Assembly (NCBI GenBank): GCA_032718475.1
Contig: JAUCBJ010000358.1
Coordinates: 34,900-98,899 of the forward strand
DNA: 64,000 nucleotides
Source: Nemertoderma westbladi
Taxonomy: Eukaryota; Animalia; Xenacoelomorpha
Reading direction: 5' to 3'
Part shown: positions 25,767-38,605 of the stretch, piece after piece
How positions within the stretch are numbered: position 1 is the first letter of the stretch
Layout: each line of letters opens with the position of its first letter
Translations under genes and position numbers: made by a program
Notes under the pieces: generated by a model
The model's input: the letters and a program-made list of their open reading frames with translations, nothing else
Told to the model about the DNA's origin: nothing
The model's database searches: none

Positions 25767-28020
25767 CAGTAGGGAACATCAACATACCGGTACCGGTACC
25801 CTTAAATAAGCTCCAAAAGTGGGTTCTTATTTAAGGAAAATGGCTCTTAATTCGGGATTTTTGGGCCATTTTTTGGATATTTTTTCAATATAATATACCG
25901 GTATACTGTAAAATGCAATAACTTGTTCGGAAAAACATACTGCATAATTATATTTCACAATAGGACAATATAATACAATCTTTTTTAACATAATGCAAAA
26001 AAACAGAAATCTCACAGTCCGAATTCAAAAATAGATTCAAAAATACAACCAGTTCCTAAATTGAATTTTTTTATAAGATTTTTTACCTTAGGCCTATTTA
26101 AGACATCGAAATTTTACAATTGAATAGCGGAGCGGAACTAAAAGTCCCTAAATAAGAACATTTTGAGCTGAGTTTCTCTTAAATAAATTGAATATTCCCT
26201 AAATATGAGTGTCACAGCCACTTCAAATTTTTTAAACATTGTGATTTGAAAAGTAAAAAATGTTTTTTTTGTAAAGAGAATAGACCTACGGTATCTATTT
26301 TAATTTAAAATATTTTGAATCCAGCCAATGTATATTGTTGTTTGTAATAATTTTAATGATATTTTTTATTGCATGTCAATCTGTCAATATTGACATCTTA
26401 TTCTTATGTCTGGCAATAGGCCTATTGACATTTTAATATTGACATACCGTACTGAAAAGAGCTGTCAAAACTCTCCAGACAGTCTACTATCAGACGCCTT
26501 TCTCCCAGCAATATAAATTTCAGTGCCCTTCGCGCAGCATGACAGCATGATAAATATTGAAAAGAGCTGTTAAAACTGTTCAGAACATCAGCAGTCGTTG
26601 TTCCTCATTGTTGCTCGCTGTCTGGTTGTTGTACTTTATTATTGCTCAATGTTACTCGATGTTGCTCATTGTTGCTCGCTGTTGCTCATTCAAGCGTTGT
26701 TCCTCATTACTGCTTATTGTTGCTCGTTGTTGATCATTGTTCTGTTGTTGTAATTTATTATTGCTCATTGTTGCCCGTTGTTGCTCAATGTTACTCGTTG
26801 TTGCTCGCTGTCAGCTGTTGCTCAATGTTGCTCAATGTTGCTCATTGTTGCTCATTCAGTCGTTGTTCCTCATTATTGCTCATTGTTGCTCGTTGTTGTA
26901 CTTTATTATTGCTCATTGTTGCCCGTTGTTGCTCAATGTTACTCAGTGTTGCTCGTTGTTAGTTTGCTACTCGTTGTTGCTCGTGCAGTCATTGTTCCTC
27001 ATTATTGCTCATTGTTGCCAGTTGTTGCTCATTCTGTCATTGTTACTCGTTGTTGCTCAATGTTACTCATTGTTGCTAATTGTTACTCGTTGTTGCTCGT
27101 TCAGTCATTGTTCCTCATTATTGCTCAATGTTAGTCGTTGTTGCTCATTGTTGCTAGTTGTTTTGTTAGGGCCTACTAATTGATTCTCGTTGTTGCTTAT
27201 TGTCCAAGCTGCAAATGAAGTGCAAAAATCGCAACGCGTTGTGCGGGTATTTGAATTAGTGTGTGGTAAAAGCGCGCGGAATTGAAATAAAAGTGCGCGA
27301 AATTATGCAGTTATGTGAAAGACAAAAAAAGTGCGCAGTAATCTATGCAAAATATCAAAAGCCATAAAGTGCGTGGACAGGCGGATGTGGTATAAAAAAA
27401 AGTTTTTCATGCATGCAAAGTGAGAAAAATAATTAGCCGCAAAAAATTTCGCTTGCTTCGCTGGCGTTTCTTTGCATTTTGCTTTGTCAGATTGCTTAAA
27501 TGTCTAAATTTCGCTCACTTTGAGTCTTGCTCGCGTATCTTTTTCATTTTGCATTGTTAATTAAAAAAATTTGCTCGCTTCGCTCGCGTATGTTTTTCGT
27601 TTTTTTGTTGTTAAAATGAGGTGTGCGCATTTGTTTCAGTGCATGAGCGGTATATTGTGCAATATTGAGCGGGTGAAAAATTGTGTGCAGGCGTTGTGCG
27701 TGGTTCAGTTTCAGTGGTGGTTTGCAGTCCAGTCTGGGTGCCATAGGCTTAGCATTTACCTTTCTTTACCCTCAACTATTATACATTAAAAATTAAATAA
27801 GGTAAATTTAAAAAATCTTTTTTATTTAGGAACTGGTCGTATTTTTGATGCAATTTTAAAACGCTTGTCTGCTAGTAGAAAAAAAACCGGACGGAGAAAT
27901 GTTTTCTGGAAAATATCCAAAAAGGCCCAAAAACCCCGAAATAAGAGCCATTTTCCTTAAACAAGAACCCACTTTTGGAGCTTATTTAAGGGTACCCGCT
28001 GACAGGTATGTTCCCTACTG
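25767..28020. mobile_element. Non-autonomous TIR element with ~110-bp inverted arms
   Basis: CAGTAGGGAACAT..GTACCCTTAAATAAGCTCCAAAAGTGGGTTCTT mirrored by AAGAACCCACTTTTGGAGCTTATTTAAGGGTAC..ATGTTCCCTACTG; TSD not found. Confidence 0.8.
26590..27200. repeat. Degenerate ~10-bp minisatellite (TTGCTCATTG / TTGCTCGTTG) inside the TIR element
   Basis: Read directly. Confidence 0.85.
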
Positions 28021-29199
28021 CAAGGGATCGAACCGGGGCCTCCTAATGCATAGGGTAAACTGGGGTGAAGTGAGCTAGGGGTAAAGTGAGCTATTTTTTA
28101 ATTTATTTTTTTTAATATAGAAATTTTTATTATTTCCATTCTCTAAAATCATTATAATGTTTACAAATATCCTAGCTTTGATCTAACAGTCAGACAGTCT
28201 AATGTACAAAATAACTTACGACAGCTTGAAATTTCGAAGCAATTAAATTTTTTACAAAATATGAAAAAAAGTTGGCGCAGAAAATTGATAGCGCGGCTCA
28301 GGCTTGCACTACCAGACTACCGTACAGCACTAAGTCCAAACAGCCAAAGTCAGTAAGTAGGCCTACCCAGCTACCCCTGCCTGCCTGTCCTGGCAGTCTG
28401 GCGACTACCGGCCCTATTGAAAAGTTTTACATGTACGCCGAGCACGTTCGGCGCAGCACTAGAACTTGCGCCGGGAGCTGGCGCAGAAATGTGCTACGCC
28501 GGGCAATGAGCCGGAAGGGTCGGCGCAGAGATGTGCTACGCCGGCGTAGCCGGCGGAGCACTGGCAATGGTAGAGATGCTGCCAGCTGCGCTCGGCGCAG
28601 CAGGCGTCGAAATATTCCCGGCGTCGACGCTGCAGAAATTGACCCGGCGCCGGAGCAGGAATCAGCCCAGCACACCCGGCGTACATATTTGCCTGGCGCA
28701 GAAATCAGCCGAACCTAGCACCAGGAAGACAGTGAGACTGAGACAGCACGACAACAGACATGCGTTCATCAGACCAACAGCACAGCAACACAATAACAAC
28801 TGGCCATGCAGGAGGCAGAATGGAAACTCACACTGGCTGACTGAAACTGGTCATTTATTTACGTATTTAACCTTATGCCAGTATGCTGTTAGGAAGTAGG
28901 CAGGTAGGCTATCACAGTTCCAGCTATCAGCTCATCAGTCATTATTGCTATTGGTCAGTCAGTTTATTTATTTACATGCTGTATTGTATAAGCTATATTT
29001 TTATATTACAGTATATTATATTATTTGGATGGAGACACCGCTGTCATAGACAATAGCAGAATAGAAGCGTATAAATAAAACTGCACATAATAAAACAGGA
29101 TAAAGTTGTACAGTGAATAAAACAAAACGACTTATACAGTTATACTATGGCACTATTAATAATGAAACAATTTATTACTGACACACAGGCCTTACTGGC

Positions 29200-30010
29200 T
29201 GACCGGCTGATCTAGACGCTAGTGGAATGGTGTAACCATTGGAAATTGCAGTTCAATGACTCCAAGTGCAAGGTCATGCATCTAGTTTAACTAGAAATCC
29301 CCAAGCAACTTCTGAACTTTACACAATGAATGGACGTACACTTTTTTCGGCAAACGAGGAACGTGATTTTGGAATTTCATTTACACTAGACTTGTCCTTC
29401 ACAACTCACTGCACAAATACTGCAGCCCGTGCCATGCGATTCGTCAATTTAATATAACTTTCACATATTTGGAAGCTCCTATGTTTACCCTCTGACCCTG
29501 TTATACAAATCCCTTGTTCGGCCTCTCTTTGAATTCGACACAGTTGTTTGGTCGCCATATCTCCAAACATGATATATATTGATCGTCTTGAACAAGTACA
29601 ACACCGTGCCACTCGCCTTGTACTATCGCTGGCTGAGTTGTCATATGAAAACCGACTACGGGCACTCAAACTACCGACATTAATATATCGCCATGTACTA
29701 GCCGACCTTTTAACAACATAAAAGTTTATCAACGGGATTGACAAAATTGAGCCCAGTAATTTCTTCCAGTTCAGCAGTTTCGCTCCAAACTCCACCAATG
29801 CTCAACACGAGGCTTCCTTGGCGCTGTACTGCTGTACAAAAGATCGAACTGTAGGACTCAAAGGAGATGCAACAACTTTGCAGACAGCGTTGTAAACATT
29901 TGGAATCCTTTACCATTACCGGAAAGTGTTGTTAATGCACGTAATACCCTTGGTACTCCATGCTTGAACACATTCAAAAATTAGACTAGACTGCGAAATG
30001 TCCCTTAAAA
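29200..30010 (+). pseudogene. Decayed LINE (CR1/L2-like) ORF2 3' fragment (RT C-terminus/thumb)
   Basis: Frameshifted peptides WCNHWKLQFNDSKCKVMH, EERDFGISF, VWSPY, IDRLEQVQHRATRLV, LSYENRLRALKLPTL. Confidence 0.85.
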
Positions 30011-30772
30011 TTAATATGTAGTGAAGTGATACTCCTGTGCGCCATGTGGCAGTAGCGAAAGCGATATCTTTCGGATATCTTTCGGATACAACGATATCTT
30101 CATTAAAATCTACCTACAGTACCTATTGTTTTCATTTTTTCAATCCCAAAAAAACATTTTTTTGTGTTCAATTTTAAAATAGTGTTTTTTTTATGTTTAA
30201 TTGTTGTCCTAACTTTTGTACAGTAGTTACTTTATTTTGCGCGTTTTAGTTCAGCAGTAATATTTTACTTATGTGACATACCTACGGTACCAAATTTATG
30301 TTCCGTATAACTACGTATTTTTGTGTTGTATCCTATAGAGTATTGTAAACTTGTCCCTTATTAATATGTCTGTATGTTTGCCTTTAGTACTGTATGTTGT
30401 TAAAGCCCTTGAACCTAAGTATGCTTTGCCGGTTTTTAATTTAATTTTACTGTAATAATTTTTTTTAATAATTAATATGCACCAACTGTAAGTACTGTAA
30501 ATAAACTATAATTTTAATTATTTTACTAATTTTACCTGAATACCATTATCCGTATTTTTCTTACAATAGTACATACGCTTATTAGCGTACTTAGCCAGAT
30601 ATGTGTTCATTTTATTTTAATCTACTGTACGTGTACGTACATGTGCAAAAATTAATATTTTATTGTTATTCTGGCGATATTAATAACATAACATACAGCT
30701 AGCTAGTCATTATTCATTCAGACATACCGTATCTGTAGCATAGACGTATACCGGACCGCACTACGTAGTATG

Positions 30773-31220
30773 GGGTCCTACGAATTACCCCAAAATACCC
30801 CAAAACACCCCAAAATACTCCAAAATACCCCAAAATAGTCAAATATTACCCCAAATACCCCAAAAAGGCTAAAAAATTACCCCAAAATACCCCAAAATAA
30901 GCTAACCATGTTTTTTAACAGCGAGGGAAAGGAGCAGGTTACAGTGGCAAGTTTTTTTAACCAAAACAATAAACGAGAGTGAAGAAAAAAATTTTAATTA
31001 TTTTGGGGTAATTCGTCATTATTTTGGGGTAATTCGTCATTTTGCCATATTTTGGGGTAAATTAAATTTCCAAAACAAAGGCTGAAAAAAAAGTATTTTG
31101 GGGTAATTCTAAACTATTTTGGGGTATTTTGGGGTAGTTTTATACTATTTTGGGGTATTTTGGGGTGTTTTGGGGTATTTTGGGGTGTTTTGGGGTATTT
31201 TGGGGTAATTCGTAGGACCG
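30773..31220. mobile_element. Foldback / MULE-like MITE with arms built from 10-bp (ACCCCAAAAT) repeats
   Basis: GGTCCTACGAATTACCCCAAAATACCCC / GGGGTATTTTGGGGTAATTCGTAGGACC; perfect 9-bp TSD CGTAGTATG (30764-30772, 31221-31229). Confidence 0.9.
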
Positions 31221-34200
31221 CGTAGTATGTAGTAAAGTAGAACGTACAGTAGCAGTAGTACATAAATACAAGGACTAAGAGTACTAGTTGTCTTTAATAT
31301 ACAGATATAACATATACACATCACAACTTTAACATAATATAATGTAACAACTCGGATTAGCACAATTTCCTTTACTTTTTTAAAGCTACTTTACAAACAA
31401 ATGCCAATACCTAATACCATGAATACTTCTTAATGGCACGCTGTACCTGATGATTTAGTTTAACATGCAAAAAATAATAATTATTAAAACCATATAAAGT
31501 TTAATATATTCAAATATACAAATCCTTCCCCATACTTTTATTTTGGTATCTTATTATTACTTGTTATGGAACGAACATAAGTTTGTCGAATTCGAATACA
31601 ATACGATATCATGCAGTATTTAAATGAATACAGTACATGTCTCTTCTAGGTACCATCAACTCAAGACAGGGGGTGGGGGGAGGGGGTCATGGCTGCATGG
31701 GGGCGGGATATGTTTCATTACATACGTCATACATATTTTATAAATTACATACAGTACTATATGCAGCTGCAGTATAATAGATAAACAGAATAAACTACAC
31801 GTACTGTACAGTATAACAGCCAGTTTTAACATTTTATGTCTTATACCAGTCAGCCCGGTGCAGCTTTGAAGAGCCGGCGGAAGATTTTTCACCCGGCGCA
31901 GCATTTTGCATTGCACAGAGCCAGCGCAGGATTTTTGCACCCGGCGTGGTTTTGCACAGAGCCGGCGCAGGATTTTTTGGATCCGGCGTGGTTTTGCTCA
32001 GAGCCGGCGCAGGATTTTTGGCACCCGGCGTGGTTTTGCTCAGAGCCGGCGCAGGATTTTTGGCACCCGGCGCCGCGTTCGGCGCAGAAAATAAAACTTT
32101 TCAATAGGGACTACCGGTACAGCGGTAACAGGCTGACAGGGTAATGACTGAATGACAATACAGATAAGACTGTAAGAGATAATAAGCCTCCTACTTGCTG
32201 ACTTGGCCTGTTGGCTGCTTGGTGTGCTTCGGCCAGTACTGCAGTAGGCAGGCAGGTAGGTGGTAGGAGATTTCGCGCAGTATTTCTGCTGTGCACGCCA
32301 ATCTGCCAATCTCGCGCAGTTTTTCTGCTGCGCACGCGGATTTTGCACTGTTTTCGACCGCGCAGGCGCACATTTTTTTTTGCGCCGCGTCGCGTTCGGC
32401 GCACAAAAAAATCACTTAGCAGACAGGCAGAAGGGGGTATGTCTGTATGTGGTCTCACGCTCACCTAAAGGAAAACGTTCTAATGGCAGAATGGCCAACC
32501 AACAGACCAACAATATGGGTTTCAAATAGGTCGGTTCTATCACATTTGAGGCACAGTCACAGTCCAGCAGTCAGAATACGGTACTGAATATGGAATACAG
32601 CAATAGATTACAATACATTACCGGTACCGTAATAATACCGGTAGGCCTACCTGCCTACTGTACTGTAATATCAGAATATAGTGACAATCAGACAGTCTAA
32701 CCTCAGAACCTGCTCACTGCAGCACTCAGGCCAGCAGGCACTGACTCTAGTCCTAGTCTGCGAGTACTGAACAGGAGATAGCAGACTATACTGCACTGCA
32801 GACTGGCTGACTGGTACAGGTATTGCAGTATTGATTCTGCAATTAATTACAGAATTAGGCCTATTGAATTACAACAGCCTACGCGCTACTGTCTGATTGT
32901 GGGTAAGGCTTATTATATTATTCATCCACTATCCATATCCAGCTATGTCACAATACTCGATATCGATACCGTATATTGCTCTGTCTGTCTGTTTAACAAT
33001 GGTAGAACAGAATAAAAGAACTGTAGAACGTGCTAAAAAACGGAAACTCATTATAGGAACAAAAAATATTACGAAACCGGTCTAGCCAATTATGCTGTAG
33101 ATTTGATACACAAATTTTGCGAACCACAGTATCGTTCAAACTAGTTTGTAAAAGTCGTGAAAATAAGTAAAAAAATTGTCAATTCCGGTCCATCATAATT
33201 ACCTACTGTAAATTATATAAATGAATTATATATTTATTAAATCAATGACAATAATTGTGAAAAGGAATTACCAATAACTTAGCAGTTACGAAATTATATT
33301 CCAATTAAATTAATACCGGTAATATACGGTAAGATACCGATGATATATTTGGCACTATCTATGGTAGTAATCTTAAACATAAGAGTAGCTGCCAAGTCTT
33401 GATTTTGATTCATTAGTTAGGCTAACCAACGTACAGTAGGTAGATTGACAAGGAAGGAACTGTACATTGGCTGGTTGCAATAATTGATAATCTGTTTTTT
33501 AATTAATTGGCATATATTGTATTGTAGGCCAAAATATATATTAGGCTGCAGTTAATCCGTTTCTACTGCACTTACATACTGTACTGTACGTTATACCTAC
33601 GTACGTCTTTAGTGCAGCAATCTATGACCCAATAACGCTAAATAACAGTAAGTCTCTACCAACTTCAGTACCAAGAAATACCTGTTTGCTTAGTTGGTTT
33701 AGTCTACGTTTGGGGGTTAATGTGTGGTGTTAGTATACGTTGCTGCGTTGCGGGTAGTGGGATTGGTATGTAGTGAGATTAGTGGATGTACCGTAGTGCG
33801 ATTATTTACAGTATCTTCCAGCCTAAAGTCTATTTTAAAGTGTTTATGCGAGTCTGATGGGTCACATTTCACTCCGCGGTTAAACTAAAGTTTATTTGGG
33901 GTGTAAACGCTTCATCGACAACCGACAACCACTATTAATATTAACTTTAATAATGAGCAGGTTTAAGTGGTAAGCTCTTCTAAACAAAACATAAATGTAA
34001 GTCAATAATGTGAGCAGCAATATTAAAATGTTGTCGTTTTCTCAGCTATGGTTCTCGGCCTAACCTTTAACACCCCCCCCCCCCCCCCCCCCCCCCCTTA
34101 TACACAATATCACCCCGAAAAATATAATATTTAGAAGATATTGCATATATAACACAGTCTTACTGTATGGTTACAAAAATATTAAAATTCACAAAGTTAT

Positions 34201-35812
34201 TACATACATATTACATTATTTATTACTATTTACATTATTATTATTTATTATACATTACTTATTACATACATACAATAGTACAATTACAAACAAAAATTAT
34301 GTGCCGTATAAAAATAGATCGCAGTAGGTTATGGCTTATAATCAGCAATAATTACTGCAGTGCCTCCAACCACTTTCAGTACACAGTAGGTACTGTATAT
34401 ACTGTAGTTTAGCTGTATCTCAAAATCGATAAAAGATCTTTCTACAACTCGAAGGCAATACAAGAGAACTCTGGTTATAATATTATGACTTGTTCAAACT
34501 AATATGAATGCTTGGAGAACAATATCTTGCTTAAAGAAATCCTTTTACCTTTCATATTTGTTTAACTAAGGCAAACAATCGAGATACAATATAAAATATT
34601 ACTTGTGATTTGCAAATTAACTCAAGAGCTAAAACCATATGGTATAAAAGTAAGGAGTACGTGACTAAAGCAGATAGACTTGTCATCATAGCGAATGATA
34701 GGGAAAATGGATAAGTGAACTTTGGTCAGAAAGCACTGTACAGTATATGCCTATTCTTTATGGGGCGAGCCACTACACATATTTACTGTAACTGTAGGTA
34801 GAATAATTTTTGAACGCAGTTAGTTGGAGGAAGAAACGCGAAGGGAAAAAAGGATGAAACTCGAAACACTGATAACCCATGATAATTATAGTTAAAATTT
34901 GCACGCTTAGTGTTTGGGTTATAATTGACACCATAAACCAGTATAGCGATACATCTTCATAACTGTAACATTAAGATACCGATCGGTCCTTATATAAGGG
35001 CCGTGGTAATCTATTAGTCAAACTGTCAATATTACTTTTGTGTTCATTCCGGCAGTAAACAAACCCCCAAGGCAGTGATTAAATTCATGTTTAAAACATA
35101 TTAGGAGATTTTGATTCACTGTGCACTAAATGTTTAGGTGCCAATTAACGCAAAAAGTGCAAACAATAGAGTCGTGTAGCCGATATAGTACTTATCTCAT
35201 TCTAGATTTTATCTCTCAACTGGGTTTCATTTATCTTATTCATTTATCTTATTCACTACCGGTAATGATAGTCAATGGACAATTTCGGGAGGTAATAGTT
35301 CAGAAATCAGAAAGATGAGGCAGCCAGGTCAAACTAACTCAAACTTAGTAGTGGCGCCTTTGTTTGAGTGAGTTTGACCTCCAAGCTGGTTTGCGTACTC
35401 AGCATTACTGTAGTCTGGTTGAGTGTGTGAGACACCACATGAAAGTACTTTCAGTTTGTTACTGGGGGGGGGGGGGGGGTGTGTTAAGGGCAGGCCTACT
35501 TGCAGTGGGTCTCAAAAAAGACATGTCAATCAAGTAGTTCCTTTGTGGGCTTCAATGAAATATATTATTAAACCACACTGGTACTAGGCCTACTGTAGAG
35601 AAGGTTTGAATATAGTTATTCTGGGAATTTTGTTGGGTGGTATTTGTGATCCGTGTAAACTATTAATGGTTCATAAATGAATATAATTTATTTCGGCACT
35701 GGTTTCGGCGCTCGTGCTGTTTGCTGCTCTTATTTAATTAAATTCAAATAGGCCTACACAGTAAAATATATTAGCCGCAAAGATATACAATTTTTAAAAA
35801 TTATATTATTAA

Positions 35813-36773
35813 GGGTGTATTACTCAGTAGTATTTGTATTGGAACTTTTTTGTTAACCTTTTAGCTGCCAAGTTCCCAGGAAGCGAATTCCAAATGGGCA
35901 CCACTCTGTGGGAGAAAATATTTTTGCAAATTTGAAGGCGAGATTGAAGATGAAACAGTTTACGACCATTTCCTCTTAACCCCTGGGCGCTAGGGCAAAA
36001 AAGGTAAGAGAAGTTTAGGTCGAGTTCATTGTTAAAAAAAGCGAAAGTCATCTTTAGTTCAAATATAATACGGCGCACTTCCAGTGGTTGAAGATGTAAA
36101 AGTTTAATTCGATCTAGATAGCTTACTGTACAATCCAAATCACAAAGTTTAATTCGATCTAGATAGCTTACTGTACAATCCAAATCACAAAGTTTAATTC
36201 GATCTAGATAGCTTACTGTACAATCCAAATCACAAAGTTTAATTCGATCTAGATAGCTTACTGTACAATCCAAATCACAACGTTTGAAAAGACGACGTGA
36301 AGAATATATCTGGACCCTCTCCAGTAAGTCTATACAACCTAAATGAAAAGGAGACCATATGGCCATACAATATTCTAAAAGTGGACGTACCATAAGATTT
36401 AAAAGCAGTAATTAAGGCAGTACGATTGTTTGTTTGGAAACATTTAAAAATCAAATTTGTCATTTTTAATGCTTTGGCAGCTTGTTCGCGACAATAAACG
36501 TCAAAATTTAGAGTACTGCACACTGTAATGCCAAGTTCTCTACAGGAAGTATCAACTTTTAAATATTTACCGCCTAACATGTACTGTGTATCGTTGCTAT
36601 CTGCCGAACCGATGCAAAGCACGCTACATTTCTGACCTGCAATTTTAAAGCTTAACATCGTCGGCAAACAATTTGCAACAATTTGCTATCATTAATTACA
36701 TCCGGTAGGTCATTTATAAAGAGGACAATACAATACAATAGTTCCAATACAAATACTACTGAGTAATACGCCC
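35813..36773. mobile_element. TIR element enclosing a LINE RT fragment
   Basis: 34-bp inverted repeat GGGTGTATTACTCAGTAGTATTTGTATTGGAACT / AGTTCCAATACAAATACTACTGAGTAATACGCCC (one mismatch). Confidence 0.75.
35850..36667 (-). pseudogene. Decayed LINE (CR1-like) ORF2 3' fragment containing a 4 x 45-bp internal tandem repeat (36098-36277)
   Basis: RELGITV, AFKSY-VRPLLEYCMAIWSP, IDLLERVQ, FSHRVVPIWNSLP; frameshift near 36390. Confidence 0.87.
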
Positions 36774-38500
36774 ATAACGCAACCCACGCAAAAATAATAC
36801 AACACAGTATTATAATATTGCATTGTGTTCACGCCTTGATTGTGTTACCATTGTTAGAGGGAAGCCCTATTGTATACTGTACGCTCACTGGGATACCCCA
36901 ACCGTCGAGTCAGACAGCCAATAGAATAAATTCACCTTCAATATACTATGTGTCTTCTTGTCTGTGACACTAATGAACTGCATACACCCCATTTTAAATA
37001 AATACATATTCTGGAATGAATACTTACGACATGGGAAGGGGGCAGCCGCTCCCGTTGACTACTAAGGGCCCTCCTATTTTGTTTCACTGGCATTCTTAAC
37101 ATTATTGTACAGTTACAAATACATGTTAGCATTCATTGGATGGAAGCCCAGCCCGCTCATGGGGCTTCCCCAATACCCAGCCGGCTACTCCAGTTGCAGA
37201 CAACCAATATAATCAACTCAACCAATGTTTCTACTTGTTTCTGCCACTACGAACTGACTGATGTTCTGGAATGAATATTTATGACATTGACTAGATATAA
37301 ATAACTGTAGATAATAGCATTGTTGTTCCAAGTCCTAAGTGATTTACCTGCTATCCCGAAAGGGGCGACTATTAGGACTGTTTGTTTATATTGAAAGAGA
37401 GTCGAAGAAACTGGTAACAGAAGGCAATAAATCGGTGATGATATTGAGTTGATGCGAGTATTCTACAGTAACTACCGTTGGCAAAAAACATTTTTCGTGC
37501 GGTCAACAAAATGGGGATTCAACACATAAATGACCTATATCTTACACACGTCGTGGGGCCTTCGCGCAGCACTGGAACCTCACAATTTGGGGCTTCACAA
37601 TTTTGTGTTTAATGTGCGCATGTGCCGTAAATACTGTAGGCCTACCCTTCTAAAATACCTAGCCAAGTATTAAGTATTGATTTTGTGTTTCTATACAAAG
37701 TAAGTAATGCTTTTAACATTGTTCCACATGTTCCACACATCCAATGCTACTTTCCGAAAGACATCCCGCAATCAAGTGAATGGCGTTTTGCTGTAGAAAA
37801 CCTTGATACTAAAAGTATTTGTGAAATAATTGGGTGGAAGGGTGAACTGGTCATGGCCCAACGATCGGGAAATTTAATTAAGTATTCGAGATCCTGGAAA
37901 AGCTAGAGGCCGGCTGAATATTAAGTTTCAAATTTCGATCTACCTTAACATACCTACTGTATTTGTATTACATTTGATTCAGGTTAATTTTCCGTTTATG
38001 TCGAGTATCAGTGTTAGAAGCGTTTATGTATTTGAATTGCGATTTGATTTAGGCTTATATTGATTGTGTTTGTACAGTTATCTGTTTTGTCAAGTTTCAG
38101 TTTATAGTACTGTAATTGTATTGAAATTAATTAAGATTTATATATACTGTCTGTTGTCTGTCGAGTTTTCGTTTATATATTGTTTTCAGGATTGGTGTCT
38201 ATTATTGTGTTTATTATTAGGACAATTTATTAAGCTTATGTTGTATGGCCTGTGATGCGTAACCAAATTAAGTTGTCAATAAATTATATCTATATATATA
38301 TATGGCTATGACCAAGATTTTAGCAACTGAAATAATTACCCAAGGGAAACATTCTAATTACGACACCGAAAAATCCACAAGTATAATGTAAACATTTATA
38401 TACAAATAAACTACAAGTGCACATTATGTCACATTACACAATTCTGGCACAACATTTCATCTTTCTAATTATACAAAATATATTCAATAATCATCTGGTT

Positions 38501-38514
38501 CCACTAGGTGGCGC
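38501..38514 (+). promoter_or_regulatory. CTCF-consensus motif CCACTAGGTGGCGC
   Basis: Exact match to the CCACYAGRKGGCR core, in AT-rich sequence ~760 bp upstream of CCDC146; binding untested. Confidence 0.4.
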
Positions 38515-38592
38515 CAAGTATTTCCAAGTGTAATCAACTGCATAATGGTTGGTATGGTAATTGGAGCCGGATAATAAGGGATCAATATTTTT

Positions 38593-38605
38593 GTTACCTA
38601 GTAAC
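38593..38605. promoter_or_regulatory. RFX X-box GTTACCTAGTAAC
   Basis: Fits GTNRC-N0-3-RGYAAC and lies ~660 bp upstream of a ciliary gene. Confidence 0.6.

Larger units (their letters stand above)
28412..32109. mobile_element. 3.7-kb non-autonomous TIR element with 8-bp TSD and GC-rich subterminal repeats, carrying nested insertions
   Basis: TIR CCCTATTGAAAAGTTTTA / TAAAACTTTTCAATAGGG; TSD ACTACCGG at 28404-28411 and 32110-32117; 42-bp GAGCCGGCGCAGGATTTTTGGCACCCGGCG.. repeats at ~31850-32090. Confidence 0.88.

Noticed and set aside
30940-30968. RSS-like reading of the bipartite motif (TACAGTG-13-ACCAAAACA versus CACAGTG-12-ACAAAAACC)
   Set aside because: Lacks the essential CAC, the spacer is 13, no 23-type partner is seen, conservation extends beyond the would-be cleavage site, and no RAG/Transib gene is in the window.
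28272-32529. Arg/Ala-rich ORFs near 28.3-28.9 kb and 31.7-32.5 kb
   Set aside because: They derive from GC-rich subterminal repeats of the TIR element; no transposase motifs.
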